From Dehalococcoidia bacterium (GTDB lineage: Bacteria; Chloroflexota; Dehalococcoidia; Lucifugimonadales; UBA3495), in the NCBI GenBank assembly GCA_963692995.1, contig OY843611.1:716279-780278 (forward strand): DNA of 64,000 bases. The letters run 5' to 3'. Positions 17,954-29,693 of the stretch are shown piece by piece; positions within the stretch are counted from its first letter, which is position 1; each line of letters begins with the position of its first letter. The notes under the pieces were generated by a model. That model did not search any database, was not told the origin of the DNA, and saw only the letters and a list, made by a program, of their open reading frames with translations. Both the position numbers and the translations under genes were made by a program.

Positions 17954-20146
17954 TCAGCCGCCGATGACCAGGCCCTCGCCCCGTAGTTCCTCGATTAGTT
18001 CATCGGCCAGGGATTTGCGGATTTTGAAGCGTCGTTCCAGCATGGGCGAGGTCAGGCGTGGGTTGCGTAGAGCCAAGTCGCGGGCCTGCTCCAGGATGTC
18101 GCCCTGGTAGTGGTCGTCGGGGTGGTCCGTATCTTCTGAGTCAAAGGGGGCGTCGTCGTTAGGCTCATCGAGGTCGATGGGCGGCAGTGGCGGCCCGATC
18201 TGGTTGCGCCAGAAGTCAACCAGACGATCCATTTCGTCGTCATAGACTAGGGTACCCTGGCCTCGCCGGGCTTTGGGGAAGTCGTTGTTCAGGAGGAGCA
18301 GGTCGCCCTTGCCCATCAGGATCTCAGCGCCGGCGCCGTCCAGGATCACCCTGGAATCCACCTGGGAGGCGACGGCGAAAGCGACACGGGCCGGCACGTT
18401 GGCCTTGAGCAGGCCGGTGACGACCTTGACGGACGGACGCTGGGTGGCCAGCACCATATGGATGCCGGCGGCGCGGCCCAACTGAGCCAGACGTACCAAC
18501 TGCTGCTCCACTTCCAGGCCGCCGGTCATCATCAGGTCGGCCAGTTCGTCCACAATCAGCACCAGGAAGGGCATCGGTTCGGCGGCTTTGGCGTTGTAGC
18601 CGGCGATGTTGCGGACGCCGGTTTCCTCCATGAGCTTGTAGCGGCGGGTCATCTCGTTGATGAGGCCGCGCAGGGCCGGCTGCACCTCGTCGGGTTCAAC
18701 GATGACGGGCGTCACCAGGTGGGGAATGCCGTTGAAGGGCGTCAGCTCCACGCGCTTGGGGTCAACCATGATCATGCGCAGCTCGTCGGGCGGGCGAGTC
18801 ATCAACAGGGAAGCGACCAGTGAGTTGATGCAGACGCTTTTGCCGGACCCGGTGGCGCCGGCGATGAGCAGGTGGGGCATGGCGGCCAGGTCCAGCGCCA
18901 GGGACTGTCCGCCGGCGTCCTGGCCGAGGGCAAAGGCGAGGCCTCCCTTTTGAACGATTTTACTGAACTCCGGTTCCGCGATTATGGAGCGCATTAGCAC
19001 CTTGCCGGGTGATGGGTTGGGCACTTCCAGCCCGACCAGGCCCTCGCCGGGTTCCGGGGTCTCGATGATGCGGATGTACGGGCTTTTCAGGGCCAATGCC
19101 AGGTCTTTCTGCCGCTTGGCGATGTCTCCGACGCGGACTCGGCTGGGGCGCTGTTTGGCCGGCTCACCATTTTTGTCCAACCGGGGCGGGACGTAGCCGG
19201 GCACCAGGCCGAACCGAATGACTCGGGGGCCGGCCTTGACGTCCTCAACATTGACATAGACGCCGTGCTCGGCCAGAGCGTCCTTGATCTCCTCGGACAT
19301 GGCGGTGTTGGCGGAACTATCAATCCGGTGTGGTTCGGGCGGGGCCAGGGTCTCCAGGGGCGGCAGCTGCCAGCCGCCTCTAGAGCGGGATACCTTGGGC
19401 ATTGGCGCAGGGTCGGGCCTGGGAGACGCCGGTGGTTCCGCGACATCCGCAACATCGGCGACATCCGCGACCGGGGCCTGGGATTTGCGCGGTTTCGCCG
19501 GGACCGCGTCCGCGTCATCCCGGCGGCGGGCGCCCACCAGGGAACCGACGCCACGCTTGATGATCAGCGCCGCCGCCGCGAACCACCGGGCCAATTGGCG
19601 CATTACGAGGCCCAGGAAGATCAGCGCGTTGCAGGCGGCGATGGCCGCGTAGCGTAATCCCCGAGCGTAGCCACGGGCCGCTCCGGGGATAACCAGCAGG
19701 CTCATCAGGACCAGGGCGGCCAGCAGTTCCACGACGGCCAGGGCCGGGCTGCCGGAGGTGATGCGGTATCCCCATTCCCCGGCTAATCCGTAAGAGTAGA
19801 AAACGCCGCTCTGCCCCTGCGCCAGGGACAGCGCGATGACGGCCATTGCCGCGGCAATGGCGCCCACCAGCCACCACCGCCAACGGCGTACGAGGAGGGA
19901 AGGCCGGCTGAACGAGAGAAAAAATGTGACCGCGACGAACGCCCCAACCGGCGCCCACCCGATGCCGAGGCTGGATACCGCCCAATCCCGGGCTGACGGT
20001 ATCATCAGAAATGCGAGGCCGCCGGCCACGCCAGCCAGGAAAAGGATGCCGACGGAGATTCCGGCGCGGAACCGGTTCGTCCGGTCGAAGGCGCGCCGGA
20101 ATTCGGACGATGAGCCGGAGTCGCCGGTAAAGGTAACCGCAGACAT
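17954..20146 (-). CDS. ftsK: DNA translocase FtsK/SpoIIIE
   Basis: N-terminal TM helices, PHLLIAGATGSGKS, IVDELADL, ATQRPS and a C-terminal gamma-like wHTH. Confidence 0.96.
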   Translation of the reverse strand: MSAVTFTGDSGSSSEFRRAFDRTNRFRAGISVGILFLAGVAGGLAFLMIPSARDWAVSSLGIGWAPVGAFVAVTFFLSFSRPSLLVRRWRWWLVGAIAAAMAVIALSLAQGQSGVFYSYGLAGEWGYRITSGSPALAVVELLAALVLMSLLVIPGAARGYARGLRYAAIAACNALIFLGLVMRQLARWFAAAALIIKRGVGSLVGARRRDDADAVPAKPRKSQAPVADVADVADVAEPPASPRPDPAPMPKVSRSRGGWQLPPLETLAPPEPHRIDSSANTAMSEEIKDALAEHGVYVNVEDVKAGPRVIRFGLVPGYVPPRLDKNGEPAKQRPSRVRVGDIAKRQKDLALALKSPYIRIIETPEPGEGLVGLEVPNPSPGKVLMRSIIAEPEFSKIVQKGGLAFALGQDAGGQSLALDLAAMPHLLIAGATGSGKSVCINSLVASLLMTRPPDELRMIMVDPKRVELTPFNGIPHLVTPVIVEPDEVQPALRGLINEMTRRYKLMEETGVRNIAGYNAKAAEPMPFLVLIVDELADLMMTGGLEVEQQLVRLAQLGRAAGIHMVLATQRPSVKVVTGLLKANVPARVAFAVASQVDSRVILDGAGAEILMGKGDLLLLNNDFPKARRGQGTLVYDDEMDRLVDFWRNQIGPPLPPIDLDEPNDDAPFDSEDTDHPDDHYQGDILEQARDLALRNPRLTSPMLERRFKIRKSLADELIEELRGEGLVIGG

Positions 20147-20253
20147 GGCAAGTCTCCTATGCCCAGGAATGCCAACACGGCAGATAGCAGAACCGCCGCG
20201 GTGCGGCGGCGGGGGGAATATAATCAGCGCTTCTGCAATCGGTCGGCGGGCCG

Positions 20254-21927
<1,674 letters not shown>

Positions 21928-21947
21928 GGTTGTCACGAGCGAAGTGG

Positions 21948-22682
21948 TCAGAAGAGGCGCTGCTGGCCGGGCGGTGGTTGCGGCGGAGACGCGGGAGGGG
22001 TACCGGGCGCAGTTTCCGAAGCATCTGGGGCGGGAAGTTCCCAAAAGGAGGGAGCTTCCGCTGGCGGTTGGGGTTCATACGTCGCTGGCGCATCGGCTAT
22101 CGCGCCAGCCGGGGAAGGCGGATCGGCCTGGATACGCAGCACGTCCAGAAGGCCGGGTATCTTGGCGAAGTCCTCCTCGATGCCGGCGCGCATTTCCTGG
22201 CGGCGGAGACCGGCGGCGGGATGCATTATCGGGAAAACGCGGCGTCGGCCCACGGAGTGCAAGCGTCCCCGAACCCGGCTAATGGCCTGACCGGGTACAA
22301 ACCTGGCCGTGGAAAATCGGCCCAGGGTCACGATGAGCAGGGGATCAATGAGTTCAATCTGGCGGTCCAAGTATTTGCTACAGGCGGAGATTTCGGCCGG
22401 GGTCGGGTCGCGGTTCTCCGGGGGACGGCACTTGACCATATTGGCGATAAAGACCTGCTCGCGGGTCATGCCGATAGACTGTAGCAGGTCTTCGAGGAAG
22501 TTGCCGGCGGCCCCCACGAAGGGACGACCCTGCCGGTCTTCGTGGAAACCGGGGCCCTCACCAATGAAGAGTATCTCGGCGTCGGAAGGCCCTTCGCCGG
22601 GAACGGCGCAAGTGCGCCCGGTATGGAGCGGGCAGTCGGCGCAGGCGCTCACCCGGCGGGCCAGGTCGGCGAGAGTATCCAT
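21948..22682 (-). CDS. Uracil-DNA glycosylase, family 4
   Basis: CxxC, GEGPG, GRPFVG, KCRPP and HPAA motifs. Confidence 0.95.
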   Translation of the reverse strand: MDTLADLARRVSACADCPLHTGRTCAVPGEGPSDAEILFIGEGPGFHEDRQGRPFVGAAGNFLEDLLQSIGMTREQVFIANMVKCRPPENRDPTPAEISACSKYLDRQIELIDPLLIVTLGRFSTARFVPGQAISRVRGRLHSVGRRRVFPIMHPAAGLRRQEMRAGIEEDFAKIPGLLDVLRIQADPPSPAGAIADAPATYEPQPPAEAPSFWELPAPDASETAPGTPPASPPQPPPGQQRLF

Positions 22683-22731
22683 GGTCAAGCAGTATTCGGA
22701 CGTAGGGGGGCGCACGAGAATTGGATGTATC

Positions 22732-22992
22732 TTAGGCGTCGGCTACGCCCTTGTCCTGGAGGTATTTTACCGCATCGGCGATGGTGTGGATTTCGCCGGC
22801 GTCTTCGTCAGGTATCTCGATGGTGTTGTCGTCGGTGCTGAACTCCTCCTCGAACGCCATAATGAGTTCCACCAGGTCCAGGGAATCGGCGCCCAGGTCA
22901 TCCTGGAAGGAAGAGTCTTCGTTGACTTCGTCGGCATCTACGCCGAGTTTGTCCACTACGATATCGGTAATGCGTTCAAGGACGGTACTCAC
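22732..22992 (-). CDS. acpP: Acyl carrier protein
   Basis: [20 protein letters not shown]. Confidence 0.98.
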   Translation of the reverse strand: MSTVLERITDIVVDKLGVDADEVNEDSSFQDDLGADSLDLVELIMAFEEEFSTDDNTIEIPDEDAGEIHTIADAVKYLQDKGVADA

Positions 22993-23060
22993 AGGTTCAT
23001 CTCCGTGAAAAGGCGGCTTGGAACAGCCTTGGTTTTACAGTGTAGATGGTGGCGACGGCT

Positions 23061-23528
23061 TTAGCCAGCGTCGTTATCCGATGATTTGGGCAAATCATTC
23101 AACACCGAACCGAGGACACCGTTGACGAAACGGGCGCTGCTGCCGCTGCCGAACATTGAGGCTAGTTCGACGGCTTCGTTGACCACGACATTGCGCGGCA
23201 GTTGCTCCCGATAGTTCAGCTCATAGATTGCCACACGCAATATGTTGCGGTCAACGACGGCCAGCAGATTCACGGGCAGGGCCGGGGCATACCGTTGTAT
23301 GAAGTTGTCCAGGTTGCTGGCATCGGCGGCGATGGCGGTGATCATGTCGGCAGCGGTGCGGCGGGCCGATTGCTCCGCGGGAAACTCATCGCAAAGCCAG
23401 TCAAGAAAATCGTCGGTTTCACCGGAACCGTGTATGTCACGAGCGTAGAGATATTGCAGGGTCAGAATGCGGGCCTGCCGGCCCACCGGGGTTTTGCGTC
23501 GGCTGCGATTGCGAGGTCGGGCAGCCAT
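23061..23528 (-). CDS. nusB: Transcription antitermination factor NusB
   Basis: DRNILRVAIYEL, NEAVELA and FVNGVL motifs. Confidence 0.95.
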   Translation of the reverse strand: MAARPRNRSRRKTPVGRQARILTLQYLYARDIHGSGETDDFLDWLCDEFPAEQSARRTAADMITAIAADASNLDNFIQRYAPALPVNLLAVVDRNILRVAIYELNYREQLPRNVVVNEAVELASMFGSGSSARFVNGVLGSVLNDLPKSSDNDAG

Positions 23529-23606
23529 ATCGCAGTGTCGCCGGATGAGGATACAGCGTGAACCGGCGTTAGCGCCGTGGCGCCGATACACCGGAACAGG
23601 CGGGGA

Positions 23607-24563
23607 TTACGATGCGTCGGCGGCCCCTTTGCGGATGGTTTGCGGATCGGACAGGGTCATGGCTTCGACGCTGGGGTCGATGCGACGGACCAGGCCGGAC
23701 AGGACGCGGGCCGGTCCGAATTCGACGAAACGGTTCACGCCGGCGTCAACCATGAAGCGCACGGAATGTTTCCACATTACGCAGTTGCAGAGGCCGGTGA
23801 GAAGTTCTTGCCGAGCCTGTTCGGAGTTGACGATGGCAGTACCCGTGGAGTTGGCGATCACCGGGAAGGTCGGGTCCTGTAGCGCGATGCTGTCAATGGC
23901 ATCGCGCAGCCCCTCCTGCGCCAGCGCCATCAGGCGAGAGTGGAACGCGCCGCTGACGGCCAGGGGAACGACCTTTTTCGCGCCCCGGGCGGAGGCCAGA
24001 TCCATAGCGCGGGCCAGGGCCATCTTGTCGCCGCTGACCACGATCTGATCGTCGGAGTTGATGTTGGCCATTTCAACGCCGGCGTCCTGGGCCACCTGGG
24101 CCACGGTGTACTCGTCCAGACCGATAATGGCGGCCATGGAGCCGGGGCGGGCTTCGGAGGCTTCGTGCATCAAACGTCCGCGCTCGCGGACGAGACGGAT
24201 ACCATCCCGGAACTCCATGACGCCGCCAACCACCATGGAGGTGTATTCGCCGAGGCTGTGGCCGGCTACGGCGGTGGGCCGAGGCGCCTGGTTGCCCAGG
24301 AATTCCTCCCACGCTCGCCAGATGGCAATGCTGACGGCCATGATGGCCGGCTGGGCGTGGGCGGTGTCCATGAGTTCGTTGGCCGGGCCTTCGAACATGA
24401 GCCGGGAAAGGTTGATGCCGAGGCTGTCGTCCGCCTCCGCGAACACGTCGCGGGCGGCCGGGGAAGCTTCGTGAAGGTCCCAACCCATCCCCACCTTCTG
24501 GGCGCCCTGGCCAGGGAAGATGTACGAATACACGGGAGCTCTTGCGATGTCAGGCATACTCAC
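23607..24563 (-). CDS. fabD: Malonyl-CoA:ACP transacylase
   Basis: FPGQGAQ, GHSLGEY, SGAFHS and EFGP motifs. Confidence 0.97.
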   Translation of the reverse strand: MSMPDIARAPVYSYIFPGQGAQKVGMGWDLHEASPAARDVFAEADDSLGINLSRLMFEGPANELMDTAHAQPAIMAVSIAIWRAWEEFLGNQAPRPTAVAGHSLGEYTSMVVGGVMEFRDGIRLVRERGRLMHEASEARPGSMAAIIGLDEYTVAQVAQDAGVEMANINSDDQIVVSGDKMALARAMDLASARGAKKVVPLAVSGAFHSRLMALAQEGLRDAIDSIALQDPTFPVIANSTGTAIVNSEQARQELLTGLCNCVMWKHSVRFMVDAGVNRFVEFGPARVLSGLVRRIDPSVEAMTLSDPQTIRKGAADAS

Positions 24564-24647
24564 CGCTCTCTTGGCAACATTGCCATAGCTGGGTGTCGGG
24601 GGTTAGTGGCCGGGCAGGGAGGGATTCCCCGAAAAATTTTGTAGCCG

Positions 24648-24827
24648 TCATACGGCGACGGCACGGCCACGGTAGTATCCGCATTCCGGGCAGGCCGCGT
24701 GGGGTAGCTTGGCGGCCCGGCAGCGCGGACAGCGCGCCGGGTGCATCGTCCGCAGCCGGTAGGCGGGAGACGACAGGCGGCGTCCCTTGCGGGCTCGGGT
24801 CAATTTCTTGTTTGGCAGTGCGCCCAT
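24648..24827 (-). CDS. rpmF: 50S ribosomal protein L32
   Basis: MGALPNKK...CPRC...PHAACPECGYYRGR. Confidence 0.95.
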   Translation of the reverse strand: MGALPNKKLTRARKGRRLSSPAYRLRTMHPARCPRCRAAKLPHAACPECGYYRGRAVAV

Positions 24828-24905
24828 TTTCAGTACCATCGCCGCCGCGTGGAACCTGTCCAGGTAGTTCACCGGGCAGGTGGCCGTGGGCCGGCGTCCG
24901 TTGTT

Positions 24906-25427
24906 TCAGGTTTGGGGTTCAGTCATCAGTGAGCGTAGGGCAGCCCACCTAGGGTCAATATCCAGGGCGTAGCATTCGCATTCGGCGACGTTGCGGTCCA
25001 TGCCGCAACGGTCGCAAATGCCGATGCAGTCGGTTTTGCAAAGAGGTTTCATTGGCAGTACGGCGAGGGCGGACTGGCGGGTCGCCTCGGCCAGATCCAG
25101 GATGTGATTCGCGCTAATGTAAAGGCCCTCCCAGTCGTCGGGAGGGAACGTCCGTCGGCCCGTTCTGACATCAACCTCGGGGAAATATTCTTCGTCCACT
25201 TCCAGCTTCAAAATCCGGTGGAAATCGGCAAGGCATCGGCTACAGTCTTGAAAAACGCCTACTGTCAGTTCGGCCTGGACCCAGATACCCTGATGGGTAC
25301 GAATGAATTTTACATCGCCGGTGGCCTGATCCACCAATTGTTCAGCGTTGTTCACAGGCTCCGAAATGCTGAACTGGCGTTGGGAGCCGGTGGGTTCTTT
25401 CAGCAACTGCGACACATTGTACTTCAT
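24906..25427 (-). CDS. DUF177/YceD family protein
   Basis: CSRCL, PLCKTDCIGICDRCG and DPRW motifs. Canonical position upstream of rpmF. Confidence 0.93.
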   Translation of the reverse strand: MKYNVSQLLKEPTGSQRQFSISEPVNNAEQLVDQATGDVKFIRTHQGIWVQAELTVGVFQDCSRCLADFHRILKLEVDEEYFPEVDVRTGRRTFPPDDWEGLYISANHILDLAEATRQSALAVLPMKPLCKTDCIGICDRCGMDRNVAECECYALDIDPRWAALRSLMTEPQT

Positions 25428-25599
25428 GGCTGAAATCGCCCTCAGCGACGGGAAATGACCGATTTGCGCGGTGATTATAGTCTTGGGTCAAGCCAACCGC
25501 AAGGCGCGGCTGCGCAGTTTTCAGCGATTTTATAACTGCCGTTCCAGAAAATCCGGGTTCCGGCGATGCGGGACGGATGGGCCGAGGAGTCAGTGAAAT

Positions 25600-26010
25600 C
25601 TAACCGTCCGACACGTTCGTATTGATGTATTCAATAATATCATTGGTGGAAGTTCCGGGGCCGAAAACGGCCGATACGCCCATGGTTGCCAGGGGTTCCC
25701 GGTCTTCCTCGGGGACGATGCCGCCCAAGACGACCAGCACATCATCCATGCCCTGTTCGCCCAGCAGCCGCATTATTTCCGGCATGAGTTCCATATGCGC
25801 TCCGGAGAGGATGCTCAGGCCCAGTACGGCTACGTCTTCCTGTGCGGCCGCCTGAACCACCATCCGGGGCGTTTGGCGAATTCCCGTGTAGATGACCTCC
25901 ATGCCGGCGTCGCGCAGGGCGCGGGCGATAACCTTGGCGCCCCGGTCATGGCCATCCAATCCCGGTTTGGCGACCAGAACGCGGATGGGGTTAGCGTGCT
26001 CAGTGGTCAT
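25600..26010 (-). CDS. Cobalamin-binding subunit (methylmalonyl-CoA mutase C-terminal domain)
   Basis: [26 protein letters not shown] and FGPGT motifs. Confidence 0.95.
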   Translation of the reverse strand: MTTEHANPIRVLVAKPGLDGHDRGAKVIARALRDAGMEVIYTGIRQTPRMVVQAAAQEDVAVLGLSILSGAHMELMPEIMRLLGEQGMDDVLVVLGGIVPEEDREPLATMGVSAVFGPGTSTNDIIEYINTNVSDG

Positions 26011-26124
26011 TAGCATTGCTCCGGACGAGCAGGGATAGGCGAGGATTGACGGTGAATATTTTCGCAGATGGCCGGGGCGGGCGCAACGTTATGATACCCG
26101 TCTGGCGCTGTGCAAAGCCCGCAG

Positions 26125-26154
26125 CCGTCATTCCGGCGGAAGCCGGAATGACGG
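26125..26154. repeat. Symmetric REP-like palindrome
   Basis: ccgtcattccggc-ggaa-gccggaatgacgg, perfect 13-bp arms. Confidence 0.85.
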
Positions 26155-26178
26155 GCGTGGTGAGATTGTCTGGATGTC

Positions 26179-27204
26179 CTACGCTTCGTTTCCGTACCGG
26201 CTCTCGAAATAGGGGATTACACTGTCGCCCATCTGCTCCACTACTCGCATGGCCATGCGCGCGTCCATGCCGGGATACCAGATGCGGAACATGAAGTGGT
26301 TTGCGCCCACACGCTGGCGGTGGTCTTCAATCTGCTGGATGACTTCCTCGCTGCTGCCCAGGATAAAGCGGTCGCGGGCCAGTTCCTCGAAGGGAATGCG
26401 GAAGTCCTCCTCGCCCGGAAGGGCTTTGTCCTGGCCCCAGTCGGCGTAAGCCTGGTACTTGGCCTCCATGTAAGGCTGGGCGTTACGCACCGCCTCCTCG
26501 TGGGTGGGGGCAATGTGCATTTCCTTGATGATGGGCATTTCGGGCGGCATTTCCCGGCCGCCGGCCGCCAGCCCTTCGCTATATATCGCGGTCTGCCGTT
26601 CCAGCGTCTCCAGCGTGGCATGAGGGTTCACGAACCAGGGCAGGCCCAGTTCCCCGGCGCGACGGACCACCGTATCGAAATTGGCCGCCACCCAAATGGG
26701 CGGATGCGGCTCCTGCACGGGGCGAATGGCGCAGGTGGCGTTGTCCAGGTTGAAGTGTCTCCCGTGGAAGGTTACCTCGTCTTCCGTCCACAGCCGCTGC
26801 ACCAGTTCCAGACTTTCCAGGAACCGGCCCACGCGGTGGCGTCGCTCCACGTTGAACGCCTGGTACTCGATGTCCCGGTAGCCCAGGCCCACGCCCAGCA
26901 CTACGCGCCCTTCGCTGATTACGTCCAGCGTGGCGACCGTCTCCGCAACGTCGGCCGGCGAGTACAGGGGCAGCAGCAGTATGGACAGCACCAGCTGCAT
27001 TTCCCCGGAGTCTGCCGCCAGCCGGGCCAGCAGGGGGATGCTTTGCAAGTTCTGGTACGGGGGCGAGAGAAAGTGCTGCCCGCAGGCAATGGAGCTGAAC
27101 CCAGCGTCCCGGGCCAGTTTGGTAAGTTCCACCGTTTCGTGGAAACGTTGCGTTGCTGAATCGGTGGCCGGATGCTGGGGCATCGCCATAATTCCTAATT
27201 TCAT
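26179..27204 (-). CDS. LLM-class flavin-dependent oxidoreductase
   Basis: GQHF, AETVATLDVISEGR, GLGYR and PVQEPHPPIW motifs. Confidence 0.93.
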   Translation of the reverse strand: MKLGIMAMPQHPATDSATQRFHETVELTKLARDAGFSSIACGQHFLSPPYQNLQSIPLLARLAADSGEMQLVLSILLLPLYSPADVAETVATLDVISEGRVVLGVGLGYRDIEYQAFNVERRHRVGRFLESLELVQRLWTEDEVTFHGRHFNLDNATCAIRPVQEPHPPIWVAANFDTVVRRAGELGLPWFVNPHATLETLERQTAIYSEGLAAGGREMPPEMPIIKEMHIAPTHEEAVRNAQPYMEAKYQAYADWGQDKALPGEEDFRIPFEELARDRFILGSSEEVIQQIEDHRQRVGANHFMFRIWYPGMDARMAMRVVEQMGDSVIPYFESRYGNEA

Positions 27205-27380
27205 TTCTGATACTCCAATCTGATACTGCAATTGGAAACGTGTTGGAAACGTGGCCTGGGTGGTGCAGACCGACGATAGTTCAAGCATCAAGAGTTCGAG
27301 CATCAAGGCTACGGGTCAACGCTCGGCCTGTCAACGCGGGTCACGGCTCCCGATTGCCCCTGACCTGGAGCGTCGATTGA

Positions 27381-27445
27381 TTGACAATGGCGATGCCGCA
27401 TCGTTAGCATGCGCCGGATTTTGTTGGAGCGGCATGACGCTCCAA
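27381..27445 (+). promoter_or_regulatory. Putative sigma70 promoter with a palindromic operator in the spacer and a downstream hairpin
   Basis: TTGACA-N18-TAGCAT. CGATGC-C-GCATCG lies within the spacer and TTGGAGCG-N6-CGCTCCAA lies downstream. Confidence 0.55.
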
Positions 27446-27481
27446 TTTATTTAACCCGGTCCGTTAAGGAGGGACATAGGT

Positions 27482-29458
27482 ATGAAACCTTTTCACTTAC
27501 CGCGATTGCGGCCTTATCAGTTGCTGATACCGGCGGCTGTGATCGCAATGATCGTCGGCGCGGCCTGCGGCGGGGCTGAGGCGCCGGCCAGCAGCAGCCC
27601 CAGCGCCGCCGCCGCGCCCACCGCGCCCCCGGCCGCCGTCGGCGCGACCGCCGCGCCCCCGGTCGCCGTCGGCGCGACCGCCACCCCGCTGCCCACCCAG
27701 GCGCCGCCGTCCGCGGAGGCTACCGGCGAAGGACGCAAGCTTATCGTGCTGACCGAGTCCTTCGGCAACGAGGTTTGGGACCCCAAGTACGAGAGCGGCG
27801 ACAAGCACGTTTGGCACTTCCCGCTGCATTCCCACATGATCACCACCGACGACGATCTGAATTACACCCGGGACGGCCTGGCTACCGACTGGTCCGTGTC
27901 CGGCGATGGCAAAAGCATTTCCTGGACACTGCGGGATGACGTTGTTTTCCACAACGGCGATCCAATGACCGCCGAAGACGCCGCCTGGTATCTCCGGTAC
28001 GTCCAGGACGACGGAGCCCGTTCAGTGGTGCGCATCCGCATCTGGCGGCTGGTCGCCGGCGACGAGCCCAACGAAGCCTACGAAGGCGACAACACGAGTC
28101 GGGAAAAAGAAGGACACGCCCGGGTTACCGGCCCCAACGAAGTCACTATCAGCTTCGTCCGCCCTACTCTGAACTTCATGGCCGACGTCAGCGAAGTGGG
28201 CGGCGGCACTGGCGGCTCCATCATGTCCAAAGCCTACTTCGAGAGCTTTGGCGACGACGATCAGTCCCGCTCCGACGGCCTCAACTCTAATCCCAACCCC
28301 GGCGCTGCCGGCCCCTTCGACCTGGCTGATTTTGTTTCCGGCACCAAGATCGTGTACGAGAAGCGGGATGAGCACTTCATTCTGGAAAAGCGCCCTTACC
28401 CCTTTGACACGCTGGAAATCAACCTGGTAGCCGAGGCCGCGACCCGCAAGGCCGCCCTCCTCAGCGGCGAGGCTGACATCTCCCCCATTGACGTGGACTC
28501 CCGCGAAGAACTGGAAGCCGACGGCTTGCAGTTCCGCTTCGGCCCCGAATCCACCCTGATCTGGATCAACGCCTGGAACTGTAGCAAGGACGCCCCGCAG
28601 AACCTGGGTTACGACCAGTCTCGTGATCAGGACGACCAAGGTACGTACATCGGCGACCCGGTGGGGACGGAGTTGATGTGTCAGGACAAGCGCGTCCGCC
28701 ACGCTCTGGACTACGCCATCGATAAGGAAGCCATCCAGGAACTGGTGGGCGGCCCCGACGTGTTCCACATCGCCGGCACCGCCGCCGCTGCCCCGTCGGG
28801 CATTGGCTACCGGAATGACGGCACTCTGGACCCGTTCCCCTTTGATCCCCAGAAAGCCCGCGACCTCTTTGTCGAGGCTGGCTACAACGTTCCCGCGGTC
28901 GATACCGAGGCCCTCACTGCCCCGGCGGTGACCAACCTCAAGGACCCGGTTATGCCCGGCGGCGGCGACGAGTGGAACGTCTGGACTTGGGAAGCCGGCG
29001 CCACCGTGCCCAAGATGCTGCAAATCGTCGAGTTCGTCTGCGACGACTGGAGCATTTACCTGGGCCTCAACTGCGAGGTCAATGTCGGTGAAGAAGCCGC
29101 CATCAAAGACCGGCAGTACGGCGGCGAGATCCCCGGCCAGTACCTGGTGCGCTCCAACGAGCACTCCTATGACACCGGCTCCAAGCTGATTGGCCGCTTC
29201 GGCGACCCCGATGGTTCGTACATCAGCTACGACCCGCTGACCGAACCGCTGATCGCGGCCGCAGTGTCGTCCACCAACCCGGAAACCCAGGAGGAGAACT
29301 ACTACCAGGCGCTCCGCCAGGCTCACGAGGGCCACTGGGACTTCGCGCCCGGTTACCTGGATGCTCCCTACGCCATCAGCGCCCGCATCGACGACTGGCG
29401 CCCACGCCCGCTGCGCCCGTCCCCCAGCGCGCTGTGGACGGTCCGTTGGGCCCAGTAA
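27482..29458 (+). CDS. ABC transporter substrate-binding lipoprotein, family 5 (DppA/OppA-like)
   Basis: Lipobox GAAC, Ala/Pro linker, LATDWSVS...TLRDDVVFHNG and DKRVRHALDYAIDK motifs. Confidence 0.92.
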   Translation: MKPFHLPRLRPYQLLIPAAVIAMIVGAACGGAEAPASSSPSAAAAPTAPPAAVGATAAPPVAVGATATPLPTQAPPSAEATGEGRKLIVLTESFGNEVWDPKYESGDKHVWHFPLHSHMITTDDDLNYTRDGLATDWSVSGDGKSISWTLRDDVVFHNGDPMTAEDAAWYLRYVQDDGARSVVRIRIWRLVAGDEPNEAYEGDNTSREKEGHARVTGPNEVTISFVRPTLNFMADVSEVGGGTGGSIMSKAYFESFGDDDQSRSDGLNSNPNPGAAGPFDLADFVSGTKIVYEKRDEHFILEKRPYPFDTLEINLVAEAATRKAALLSGEADISPIDVDSREELEADGLQFRFGPESTLIWINAWNCSKDAPQNLGYDQSRDQDDQGTYIGDPVGTELMCQDKRVRHALDYAIDKEAIQELVGGPDVFHIAGTAAAAPSGIGYRNDGTLDPFPFDPQKARDLFVEAGYNVPAVDTEALTAPAVTNLKDPVMPGGGDEWNVWTWEAGATVPKMLQIVEFVCDDWSIYLGLNCEVNVGEEAAIKDRQYGGEIPGQYLVRSNEHSYDTGSKLIGRFGDPDGSYISYDPLTEPLIAAAVSSTNPETQEENYYQALRQAHEGHWDFAPGYLDAPYAISARIDDWRPRPLRPSPSALWTVRWAQ

Positions 29459-29487
29459 TCCGTTCCTGGTGATACCCGCGCAACCCA

Positions 29488-29516
29488 GTAGGGGCGCTCC
29501 TTGTGGGCGCCCCTAC
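29488..29516. repeat. GTAG-family REP palindrome
   Basis: gtaggggcgc...gcgcccctac. Confidence 0.8.
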
Positions 29517-29553
29517 GTTTGTTTGAAAATGCAGTACAATTGTTGCCGATTTC

Positions 29554-29666
29554 CTGGATTCCCGCTTTCGCGGGAATGACGGGAAGACCCGGAACGCCGG
29601 GAGACCCGGAACGCCGGGAGACCCGGAATGACGGGAGACCCGGAACGACGGGAGACCCGGAATGAC
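29554..29666. repeat. REP-like palindrome plus five trailing 17-18 bp tandem units
   Basis: ggattcccgctttcgcgggaatgac, then five units of the gggagacccggaa(c/t)g(a/c)c type. Confidence 0.92.
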
Positions 29667-29693
29667 AAGGCGACTTTGTAAAGGACGGACCAT

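Noticed and set aside
29554-29666. Repeat-spacer appearance of REP tails (also 17856, 37738, 49243) as mini-CRISPR arrays
   Set aside because: Units are only 15-23 nt in total, the spacers resemble each other, and no cas genes are present.
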